Shown piece after piece: positions 11,863 to 22,302 of a stretch of DNA of 64,000 bases. The translations under genes were made by a program, and so were the position numbers. Under the pieces are notes generated by a model. It had not been told where the DNA came from. It saw nothing but the letters and a program-made list of their open reading frames with translations, and did not search any database. The stretch covers positions 2,294,001-2,358,000 of the forward strand of contig NC_088800.1 in NCBI RefSeq assembly GCF_011386835.1. The letters run 5' to 3'. The DNA is from Chrysemys picta bellii. Taxonomy: Eukaryota. Numbering within the stretch: position 1 is the stretch's first letter; each line of letters opens with the position of its first letter.

Positions 11863-14065
11863 ACTGCGGGTCAGTGGCGTTACATCACTGTCAATGCAAC
11901 AGTGAATCACAACCACAGAACGTAACAGAGACTGAAAGCCTTTCTCTAGAACATTTAAACCATCCTAAAGAAGTTAATAGAGAACTTTATCCCTGCTAGC
12001 GAATTCTTTGTGTTAGTTTACAATTCCCCAGCCATATTCTCATTCTCTAGTCTAATCAATTCCTAGAGGACTTCAGGCTTCTTTGTGTTTTGGGAGGAAG
12101 AAGAGTAGGAAAGGAGTTCCTTTAGAATAACTTTAGTTGTGTGAGCTCTGGCTGGGAGACTGTGTCCTTTCTTCTCCACTCCAGCTTTGCCTTTTGAAAT
12201 GCTTTACAGATTCATGCGTTTGACTGTTACTTGGCATTACCCACCATGAGTTTCTAACTGATTACGAAGTAGCTACACCTACTGGGCCATGAAGCCACGG
12301 GGTAAGTGGGTGCAGCTCCAGGGCCTTTAGTTGACCGGGGTGGATTTAGCCTGGTTAATTTTAGAGCTTCATTTAATTAGCATTGCTGGCTTCATTTAAC
12401 TGCTCTCTGCAAAGAAACTCCTCCTCATTTCCTTTAAGGCCAAGCATTCGTCTCAAGTCCTTTTATGTGATACAAGTTCTGATAAACTTCTCTCTCCTAT
12501 CAGTCCCCTTCCGAAGTGTAGAGCCTGCATCTTGTTCTCCTCTCTAGGCTCATCTCTAGCATCTTACTTTCCAGAGCACACATTATTCTCATGGTTAGGC
12601 AGCACTAAAGACTAATTACGAGGAGACTCTTGAGAAGTTTGCGTACAGAACTTAAGAATTTTGGGACAATCCTTAATATCAGTATAAGACAATCAAGCAC
12701 ACAAGATGTAGAAAAAGGGCATTGAACGTGGGCATTATTCTAGCCCTGCATTAGGAACTGATGAGCCACATTCAGAATATGTGATTAAATTGTGCTCTCA
12801 GTTAAACCAGCGTAATTCTGTTTCATTGCTGTGACATAGATGTCCCTGAGTAGCGTACGACCCACTGCACATTGTGAACGCTGTAAAAGACAGTCTCGAT
12901 AGAGAAAGTGCAGCTGAGGGAAATTCAGATTATACTGGGGAAGCAGACAGGCACACTAACCTAGTCTCTCTTTGTGCTTTTTTGACTCACTTTATTACCA
13001 TGCAATGAATTGCATCAGCCATTTGTCTGTCATTGTAAAGTCTATCCACAGAATAGTCCTAGGAAGCAATCACCATGCAATAAAGGGACACTAATAATTA
13101 GTGACAGTAGCTCAGTAAGCAGACTCGGTGCTGTAGGATTGTTCTGGTAAGCTGTAGTCTTGATGTGAATAGAATCCCTGTGATTTTATCATGTTTTGAG
13201 ACTCTCTCAGACAAAGGTGTAACTGAGCTTTCTGGGGCAGGGTCTGCGTACTATGGTGGGTCTGTACAGAGCACCACAGGGCCCTGACCTGACAGGCCCC
13301 CAGGCACTCCAGTTATACAGATAGTGGAAGTGAGTTGGAAGCCCATTTGTGGCCGGGAGCTGGCGCAATGCTAGTGCTATATATTTAACCACTGGGCGAA
13401 GTGAAGGGCTGGGCCTCATCACCGCTAGGGAACCGGGGGGGACCCTTCCCCGTGAGGCTTAGTGCACAATGGGAGTGTGCAGGCTGCTCCATGCGTCACC
13501 AAGTTAGGACTAAGTTAGGGTTAGGCCTCCAGTGGCTGCACAGCGTGAGGGAGGGACTACGGAGCCTTCTCCCTGCTCTCCCGCTTGCGAGGCCAACGTA
13601 AGGGCTGCTCTAACCACAGCCTTTGTGCTTGGGGGGCACAGGCTGCTTCAGTGGGAGGATAAGGTCGCAAAGGGGGTGGGTATAACTGCACCCCCCGTTG
13701 CACCAGCCAGCAGAGCCAGAGTGTGTGCAGGGGAGGCAGGCCGCGTCCCTGAGGAGCGTAACAATGTGTGTGCTCACCCATGCACTGGGAAGCTCTGGCC
13801 AGCCTCCTGCTCTTGGTCTCCACCCCCAGACAGGGCACCTCTGTGCCCCCCCCCCCCATACTGCTGACTAAGTGCCCCTAGCACCACCTCGCACTTCATT
13901 CCTTCTGCTAACGCATGGAAATGGAGCTTGGGACGGATCTGTCAGACAAGTAGCTTTCCTGTAAGCCCCACAAGCGCACCCTACCCGACAAAGCCCTGCG
14001 AAAGGACCGGGCCCATCTGCCAGACAGCGCCTGGGCTACTCTTTTCATCGGGTTCAGCTGTACTT

Positions 14066-14067
14066 GC
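14066..14067 (-). other. Non-canonical GC 5' splice site (GC-AG intron 14067-11393)
   Basis: GAG|GCAAGT matches the AG/GCAAGT consensus of GC donors; it is the only position giving phase-0 WSE|CSTTC continuity. Confidence 0.85.
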
Positions 14068-15972
14068 CTCACTCCAGCGCCCAACTTCCCAGCTGGTCGT
14101 CACTGTGGCTGCTGTGGTAGCAGGGAGCAATAGGAAAGAATCCTCCTTTGTGTCTGCCTCCTGCCGCTGCTGCTCTGGAAGGCTGGGCGTGGGGAGAGAC
14201 GTTCCACGGTCTCCAGCCCTGTCAGTAAATATCCTCTGGGTGCCCCATGGCGAGCTCTCATCCGGGTCCACGCTTTCATTTGGGTCTGCACGGGTGGCCC
14301 CAGGCACATCCGAAAACACATCCTTTCTATAATGCGTCATCTTTATTTCATTTGCTTCCCGCTCAGCCCACCATGCTGTGGTTAACTCAGCTGGCAAAGC
14401 AGAAAGTGTCCCTTCTGGACCAGCTGTGGGGTTTGGATCTGAGGATACTGGCACGGCTGGTGCTCGGGCACCCTGCTGGGCTAGACTGTTTGATGTAAGT
14501 GTCCTGCTTTCTTGTGTGGGTGGCTCATGCCCAGGGGGAGGCGTGGACCTCAGCGGGGCAAGAGCTGTCATGGTGGCTGCTTGCGTCTCATGCGTCTGTG
14601 AAACAGCATTGAAATCATCTAGCTGCTTCTGTACATCCTCTGCATGGGATGCATGGTCATCCGGTTCCTTGTTATCTGGCTTATATGAACCCATCGTGGG
14701 GTGAGTGTCTCCACTAGTGCCTCTTGTTTCCGGCTCAGATCTGTGTTCAGTGGAGAGGAAAGGGGTGTCTTTAGCTGCAGGATGCAGCGGCTCATTTGTC
14801 ATTGGCTGGGGAGGCAGGTTATGTGGGGGCCTGTTCATGTCTGCGGTTATATCGGCCTGTGCTTTTTCAGCTTCGGTTTTGGAGTCAGTGTCACCATCAT
14901 CGATGATGACCAAATCCATTTCATTGGTATCTTCCTGGCCTGGCTGGGCAATACCAGCCAAGCCATCATCTTCGCTGTCATTGTTAGCAGGAACTTCTGG
15001 GCTTTTACCATCCTCTTCTCTGCTTCCAGGCTCTCTTGTACTTCCCCAAATGTCATACATCTCTTCTCCACCAGCACTGCCCTTGTCAACAGGCAGTGGT
15101 GGAGTGGGGATGGCCGGATAAGGATAACTGATAGAGGGGATGGTGACTGTCGCATCCTCTTCAGAAATGGCCCTTGTCAGCAGGATTCCTCGGGTTTTAT
15201 CAGTGGGCAGATTATCCTGGCTGTTTATAGAATAAAGGCTTGTTCCATTCTCAGTGGATGGATGATCTTTGGAAAGTGGCGTATGCATTTCCTCCTCCTC
15301 GTCTCCAATGTAGGAGGGGGTTATGTAGTGCGCAGTAGCTGTCCCGATATCCTCATGTTCTTCAGTTATACTGAAGAGAGTTTTATTGTCTCCAACACCA
15401 GCCTTTTCCTTTTCTTCGTTATGCACATCTGCAGAAGTATTTGTCTCACTTCTTGCTGAGTTTCCTTCACTGGGTTCTCCTTCTGGTTTTACATTATACG
15501 GAATGTTAGGAGACATTTCATTAGAAGCCTCGCCCTCGGCATCTGGTTTAAACCCCTCACTCTTGATGTCTTTCTCACCCAGGGGATCATAGGACAGATC
15601 TTCATGGAAATTGATAAAATTATAATCATAGTAAAAATCATCCACAAACACATTTCCCTTTTTGTTACTGCTGCTTGAAAAATCTTCCTCTGTTATGACA
15701 TTCTCGTCTTTGGATTTTGGATTATTCGGAATTGAGGGGCTGAAGTGGGAAATGTGGTGATTGGGAATGTAATTTATTTCATTAAATAGTTCTCTGCTTG
15801 AAGATCCGCTGCCAGACCAGTCAGCGTTGGCATTTTCTATTTTCTTCTGGCATTGCTTCAGGGAGCAAGTCGTTTCTGACAGTGGTCTCTGTGTAAGATC
15901 ACAAGTTGTCCTAGTATTGTTACTGCAATAAACAAGGCGTCTTTGTGTTCCGTTTCCACATGTTACTGAGCA
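14068..15972 (-). CDS. ADAMTS7: ADAMTS7 giant exon: TSR4 body + mucin/proteoglycan domain + TSR5 start (equivalent to human exon 19)
   Basis: ctctag|TGC TCA GTA ... AGT GAG|gcaagt; 1905 bp, 635 codons, open; CSVTCGNGTQRR...DWSGSGSSSRELFNE...VFVDDFYYDYNFINFHEDLSYDP (diagnostic of ADAMTS7)...TSWEVGRWSE; the 3' boundary needs a GC donor. Confidence 0.92.
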
Positions 15973-17481
15973 CTAGAGAAGAAAAAGAAATGAAAATATC
16001 AAACGAGAGCATGTGAAACAGTAGTCAGTAAATGATAGTAAGGATGTGTATTATCATCCAACCAAGGGAGTGGCTATGCAAATGAGATGATTTAATATTT
16101 GCACGGGAGTGGCTATGCTAATATCAGTGCTAGCTTTCTGAGCCTGTAAAGCCAGAAGCCAGAAAACACTTGAACTGAGTAGCCTGCTTAGGCAATTAAT
16201 AAAAATTCTGTACCTTCTCCAACCAACTTGACTCAGGGGTGTTTTACTAAATATTATGGCACTTCGTTCTGCTGTACAGTACCGAGAAATCTATATATTA
16301 CAAAAAAAGTCTGGTAGTGAGACTATAATTAAGGGTCATTCATATTTCCGTTACAAACCACTTTTCTGGTGTATTTATATCTCGGCCTATTTTGCTTCAG
16401 GCTGAAACTTGGCCTACATGCCGGCCAGAAAGTTTTCTTGGAGTTGGGGTTTGTGGAGAGGACTGGAGAAGATGATCTAATAGCCCCAACTGCAGTTGCC
16501 ATGAATTCTGGCCCTTCTCATGAAAGAGATTGTTAAATAAAGGGGTGATACCATGGGTGTGGGCCTGGTAAATGGAAACCCAAGGATTAACAAGACGTTT
16601 TGTTGAGGAAAAGCACATAATGGACCCATTGACATTATTCAGTATAAAAGAGACCCACAAACAGGAAATAAGGTCAGTGAAATTATCCTACCTAATATGT
16701 AAGTCATAATTCCATTAACATCACACTTGCTCTGAATGAGCCACAGATCGTTCTGCTTAATTATAACTGATTTATGTAGCATTAGTCATGTATTACCAAG
16801 TCCCTTACATAATCAAACTAGAAAGGCAGACCTAAGCCCAGGGGATTTCAATAGAAATACCATCGATTTGGGTTGACAGGATATCAATTTGGGCAAAAGG
16901 TTAATTTACAGCGACCAAAGCAAGGCAATCAGAATTCAAGGTGAATTACACCGATTAAGTTCTCAGACTATTTGCAGAGTTCATAAGTAGGGTCTGGCCA
17001 AGCAGTGCGTGGGGGCAGACCCATGTGAACAGGTGTGTGTGTGGATGGGGGTGGGTACATTACATATGTGCAAAGGTCATTAGGTGCCATCTTTGTGCTT
17101 CCGCAGTTCCCCATGCTGCTGGGGGCCTAGCTAGCCCTTGGCACATAATAACGGCTCTCTGAGGGACTAATAAGGCAGCTGGGGCGTGAAGTGAGTGGAG
17201 TGGAGGTCACATCCTCTCCCGAGGGCACACAGTGCGGGAGTTGGTTATGAGGATGTGCACAGAGCCGGCACATGGCCGTCTATCCTGGGTGCTCGCCCAC
17301 ACTGGAGAAATCCTAGTTGCCCAGTGAGGGCTGTGATTTGGACCATTCGTGTCACTGGCCCATACACTAAAAAGGACAAATGTATTAATATCTTCAATCA
17401 AAATATGGGGAAAGCAGGCCCGTTCTCACGAACATACTAGGCCAGAGTTCAAGACTGTGTTTCTACTGCAATGGTTGAGGA

Positions 17482-17710
17482 GAGAGGAAGGTTGGCCCAA
17501 TGATTAGGGCACAAGCCTTACGTAATTCCCTGCTCTGTCCCAGACTGCCAGTGTGACCCTGGGTAAGTCATTTAGTCTCTTGGTGCCTCAGTTTCCCATC
17601 TGTACAATGGGGATAACAGCATTACCTTATCTCATAGGAGTGTTGTGAGGATAAATACATTGCAAATAGTGAGGTGCCCAGATACTGCGGTGAAGGGGGG
17701 CAGTGTGAAT
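17482..17710 (+). mobile_element. MIR-like CORE-SINE
   Basis: CORE motif gtgaccctgggtaagtcatttagtctcttggtgcctcagtttcccatctgtacaatgggg. Confidence 0.8.
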
Positions 17711-17715
17711 AACTT

Positions 17716-17734
17716 GGATGGATGGATGGATGGA
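17716..17734. repeat. (GGAT)n microsatellite
   Basis: ggatggatggatggatgga. Confidence 0.9.
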
Positions 17735-18634
17735 CAAGTAGGGGTGACATTGCGGTGGGGGAATCTTCATTCTGGCTTTATATGCATATGATGCTTAACG
17801 CTTTGGGGAAAACACTGGTTTCTTGAACTCTGTTCTCAGCATGTCAGTGAAGGATTTTCAAATACCTTTTTGGTTGTAAATGTAAATCAATTCATGATTT
17901 TCTAGTTTTGCTCTCCCCATTGGGGAACCGAGGGCCAGGCCTGGACTAGCAAAGAGCTTATGGTCCCCACTATGATTGCAGCTGGCTCCTGTGTGGGAGG
18001 ACAGACCCAGTGAAGCATCTTCCCCATCCTTGGCCAGCCCCAAGGTTCCCTGCATTTATTAATTGCTGACTCAGCAGCTTACAGCCTCTGCCTGAGTATC
18101 AAAAGGCAGGACTGAGCCTTTGTTTACTGTAGGTTACAGGCTCTTTGGAAATGTAAAATATGAGTGAATCTGGAGTAAGGAATGTGCTTGGCACAAGGAG
18201 CAGTTTATTTATAACAACAAGTGCTCATTGCCAGACATTCATACCAGTTACAACATAGCACTGAAATAACATGTTACAACGTACTAATATCTCTTAGCAG
18301 GATCTAAGCCCATTTCACGCCACCCTGCTGCCACCATAAAAACACAACCCGAACAAGGAGCAATGTCTCCAGCCCATTCCTTATTACGTACGCCAAAGCC
18401 TGAGAAAACAGGTGGCCCCAACACTGTACCCAGAACGTCAACAAGCTCAGGCAGCTAAGGCACAAGGGAACTGAGTCCCAGAGTAGAAAACCTCCCCTGA
18501 GAACGCTCTGGCCCCAGTCTCCTGATGTTTGAATCTAGGGGATCTCAGCAGGCTGATCTCAACTATCAGGACGGCACCAGGAGGGAGAGATTAGGAACTT
18601 CACAGGGGCGGCAACCAACAAGTACAGGAAAAGT

Positions 18635-19390
18635 TTAACAACATACTTTAGCCTTTTGACCACAGCATTGAACTGGGAGCTCAGGTTCTGCTGATTATCT
18701 ACCATGACCCCAGGGCCGCCCGGGGGGGGGAAGGGGGCGGAATTTGCCCTGCCGAAGATGTGGAGCGACTGAAGGGCCCCCCACGGCCAAAATGCCACCG
18801 AAGACCCGGGCCGCCGCCGGGTGAGTACAAGCGCTGCAGCTCCCCCGCTTTGCCCCAGGCCCCCTGAATCCTCTGGGTGGCCCTGCATGACCCCCAAGTC
18901 TTTTTCAGAGTAAGTTCTTCCCGGGCTAACAGTCCCTATCCTGTAAATATGGCTTGCGTTCTTTGTTTCTAGCTGCATGACTTTGCGTTTGGCTATGTTG
19001 CAATGAATATTGTTTGCTTGCATTCAGTTTACAAAGTGATTTGGATTGTTTTGGATCACTGACCTGTCTTCTTCATTATTTACCACTCCCCCAGTCTCTG
19101 TGTCATCTGCAAATGTTATCAGGAATGATTTTATGTTTTCTTCCAGATTGCTGATAAAAATGTGAAATAGCAAAGGGCCAAGAACTGTTCCCTGTGGGAC
19201 CCACTGCAAACACACCCACTCAGTGATGATTCCCTGTTTACAATTACATTTTGAGACCTATCATTAGCCTGTTTTTATCCATTTAATGTATGCCACATAG
19301 ATTTTGGATTATTCTAGTTTCTTTAATCAAAATGTCATGTGGTAACTTGTTAAACGCCTTACAGAAGTCTACGTATATTACAACAACAGG
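18635..19390 (-). mobile_element. CR1 LINE reverse-transcriptase fragment interrupted by a hAT MITE
   Basis: Minus ORF VPQGTVLGPLLFHIFISNLEENIKSFLITFADDTETGGVVNNEEDRS contains the CR1 QGxVLGP and FADD motifs. Confidence 0.88.
18711..18885. mobile_element. hAT MITE nested in CR1
   Basis: TIRs CAGGGCCGCCC / GGGTGGCCCTG; perfect TSD CATGACCC (18703-18710 / 18886-18893). Confidence 0.9.
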
Positions 19391-19537
19391 CATCATGTAA
19401 GCTGATCAGTGAACAGTCTGTGCAGCTCTGAATAGTCAGACACTCTAGCCTGCTCTCTGGTTGAAAAGTGAAGCGTCGATTTCCTCATGACCATATATGA
19501 CAGCGTGTGTACGGAGCAGTTAACCACTCACAGACAA

Positions 19538-19808
19538 GGGTCTGTCTACACAGCAATTACAAACCGACAGCAGGTCCGTGCCAGCGGACTCAGGCTTGCG
19601 GGTCTTGGGCTAAGGAGCTATTTAACTGCGGTGTAGATGTTCGGGCTCGTGCTGGAGTCCAGGCTCTAGGTTCCTCTGATGTGGGAGGGTCCCAGAGCTT
19701 GGGCTGCAGCCTGACCCTGAAGGTCTAGACTGCAATTAAACAGCCCCTGAGCCCGAGTCCCTTAGCCAGAGTCAGCTGGCATAGGCCAGCTGTAGTGTAG
19801 ACATACCC
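19538..19808. mobile_element. PIF/Harbinger-type MITE
   Basis: TIRs GGGTCTGTCTACAC / GTGTAGACATACCC; right flank TTA. Confidence 0.8.
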
Positions 19809-19814
19809 TTAGTG

Positions 19815-20137
19815 CAGTGTTTCCCAAACTTGGGACGCCGTTTGTTCAGGGAAAGCCCCTGGCGGGCCCGGCTGGTTTGTTTACCTGCCGCATCCGCAGG
19901 TTCGGCCGATTGCGGCTCCCACTGGCCGCGGTTCGCCGCTCCAGGCCAATGGGGGCGGCGGCCAGCACATCCCTCGGCCCGCGCTGCTTCCAGCCGCTCC
20001 CATTGGCCTGGAGTAGCGAACAGTGGCCATTGGGAGCCGCGATCGGCTGAAACTGCGGACGCGGCAGGTAAACAAACTGGCCTGGCCCGCCAGGGGCTTT
20101 CCCTACACAAGCAGCATCCCAAGTTTGGGAAACACTG
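19815..20137. mobile_element. hAT-Charlie-type palindromic MITE
   Basis: TIR CAGTGTTTCCCAAACTTGGGA; perfect TSD CCTTAGTG (19807-19814 / 20138-20145); almost entirely self-complementary. Confidence 0.93.
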
Positions 20138-20775
20138 CCTTAGTGTGTACACACATACAAACTCTCATGACTTCCCTAAAACTCCGTGTTGCAGTGGGCT
20201 CAAAACATTTGCAGGATTCTGCCAAAGTTTAGGGTGGAAACTCGTGGTGCTGTGAAATATTTAAAAGGCTTTAAAAGCTTTTATTCTGTCAATCTAATTC
20301 TTTGCACTAAGCACTGAGTATTTACTAGTCCCTGATGGAGGAAACAGCCAAATTTGAAGAAGGAAAAAAGATTATAACAGCCTCAGGGTGATTCTTTATT
20401 TTAAGATCTGTCTGGGTCACAAACCTGCCTTTCACTCGATAATTGCAGCTCCTCAAACAAAGAGAGAATTAAAATGAATTTTAATGTTTAAATTGTCAGG
20501 ACTCCAACTATTTCCAGGAATGTCTGACAGGTGGAGTTTGAATGAGAGCTAGACACCTCCTGCCCCTCCCCCAACCTGAGTTTTCTGTCTGAATTCTTCT
20601 CCTTCCCCCCTCTTTAAAATGGTTTAATCAGAGCCAGCCCCTGTGTAAAGTGTTTCACTGCTGAGATTGTTCTAGGATGTAGTGATTCCCCAGATAATTC
20701 TTAATGAGGGCCCTGTGCTTTGCATGTGAGTGCGGTAATGAACAAGCCACCTGAATCAAGGATTAGTTCTCCAAG

Positions 20776-20985
20776 CCGGTGGGTCTCAACTTTTTTTCAT
20801 TTTTGAATGGAGGTGCGGACCCCTTTGGAAATCTTAGACATAGTCTGAGGACCCCCAAGGGTCCATGCACCACAGGTTGAAAACCACGGTTCTACGGTAA
20901 CGACAACCTTTCACAGACCCCTTAGCCACAGTCTGCAGATCCCCAGGGGCTGAGAACCACAGGACTCCGGCTGAGAACCACTGCT
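20776..20985. mobile_element. Degenerate hAT-Charlie-type MITE
   Basis: cggtgggtctcaac ... ggttgaaaaccac / ctgagaaccactg termini. Confidence 0.55.
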
Positions 20986-21104
20986 CTAAAATTCACTGTG
21001 GTTCCAGCAGAGCCCAGTGTTCCCTGAGCATGTTTCTCTAAGTGACCCTTCAAGCTTCCCAAGGACCTGAGACTAATGTGCTCTTTACCCTTTGATTTTC
21101 TCAC

Positions 21105-21318
21105 CTCAGACCAGTTGCCCATGGCCCATTGAGCAGGACAGAGGATATCCCTATTACAGGGCGCAGTGGCGTCTGGCTTGGAGAGATGCTGACATTCTGT
21201 GTGCTGCAAAGCCCGCTGTTCGTCCAGCCACACACTTTGAATGCAAAGGACCGTCCTCTTCGTGAGCCCAGCTTCACCACAAGTGGCGGAGCATTTCTGC
21301 CACTCGCCAACCCACCAC
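21105..21318 (-). CDS. ADAMTS7: ADAMTS7 coding exon (TSR3/TSR4 start)
   Basis: tcctag|G TGG ... TCT GAG|gtgaga; 214 bp; RWWVGEWQKCSATCGEAGLTKRTVLCIQSVWLDEQRALQHTECQHLSKPDATAPCNRDILCPAQWAMGNWSE. Confidence 0.96.
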
Positions 21319-22175
21319 CTAGGAAAATGAAAGGGGAAAAGGTGGGCGCTGAAGTGAGCATTCATATTAGCAGGTTTGTTGCTAGTCACAATGCAGTATC
21401 TATCCTCCTTGATAAAGCAAAACACTCAGTGTTACAGACACGTTCACATCTCCACGTTCTCAAGCTGCACGGGCATTGGGAGCCTGGAGTGTGGTTTAGG
21501 TGTAAAGACAGAAGCCATTTGCAAAGCAGAGGCTAGTTGGGACTGCTCTCCTGCTCTTCTATCTAGAGATCAGAGGGGTGGGGGTCGCTAGGGAAACTTG
21601 GCTCCTGATCAGGGTTTTGGATTTCAACCTTCCCAAAAGTTCAGGGCATTGGGATTCAGGATCTGTGCTTGAGATTATCTGCAGGACTGTGTGGCATGAG
21701 TTGTCATCTACAGAGCAGCATGCGAGTTCATGGCCCTTTCCAGCAAGGTCTGAACCCAGAGGAGCTCAGACCCAGCTCCTCTTAACTTCCATTGATTTAA
21801 ATAGGAATTACGCACCTAAATACCTTTGAGGATCTGTCTACAGGCCCAAGCTGCAAATGCCTATTCACAGGGACATCAGTGAGGCTCTGCATAGGAGCAA
21901 AAGGTCTCTTGTATGGCTCCAGTTGCAGGATTGGGGCCATAGTTCTTACCAGATGCCAGGGTGGAGGGAGTCAGATGCAGAATCATGGAGTCCAGTGGTC
22001 ACTTTTATACAGACAGGCCAGCGCCCAGGCTGCTGTAGGTAAGTGTAGCTCTGCTGACTTCAGATGCTAATTTGCACCAGCTGAGGCTCTGCCCTCCTGC
22101 AGTCACTCTGTTAAGTAGTGAGAGCATTCAGGGCTGGATGAGAATGAGAAGATGGGAAAGCAAAGGAAAGCAAAC

Positions 22176-22302
22176 CTGGCTGGGCAGGGCTCTTCGCTAC
22201 ACGTCCTCTGCTTGTCGTCGGGTCGGGTTAACGAGTCACAGTACCGCTCCTCCACTATCCCAGCCATCTTTTCCACACAGTGCACGATCTGTCTCTGAAC
22301 AC
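22176..22302 (-). CDS. ADAMTS7: ADAMTS7 coding exon (TSR2)
   Basis: cgccag|GT GTT ... GCC AG|gtttgc; 127 bp; GVQRQIVHCVEKMAGIVEERYCDSLTRPDDKQRTCSEEPCPA. Confidence 0.95.

Noticed and set aside
13981-14067. ORF-track extension ASTAEPDEK...GFVG* after WSE
   Set aside because: Intronic read-through past the GC donor; homology resumes at the 11392 exon.
14701-15459. 252-aa plus-strand ORF (and neighbours) overlapping the mucin exon
   Set aside because: Antisense shadow of a long coding exon; no recognisable domain, start context or splice support.
19772-20255. Cluster of overlapping 60-150-aa ORFs on both strands (similar at 6280-6617, 11589-11999, 30194-30566, 38823-39259, 52993-53268)
   Set aside because: Artefact of GC-rich palindromic MITEs that lack stop codons.
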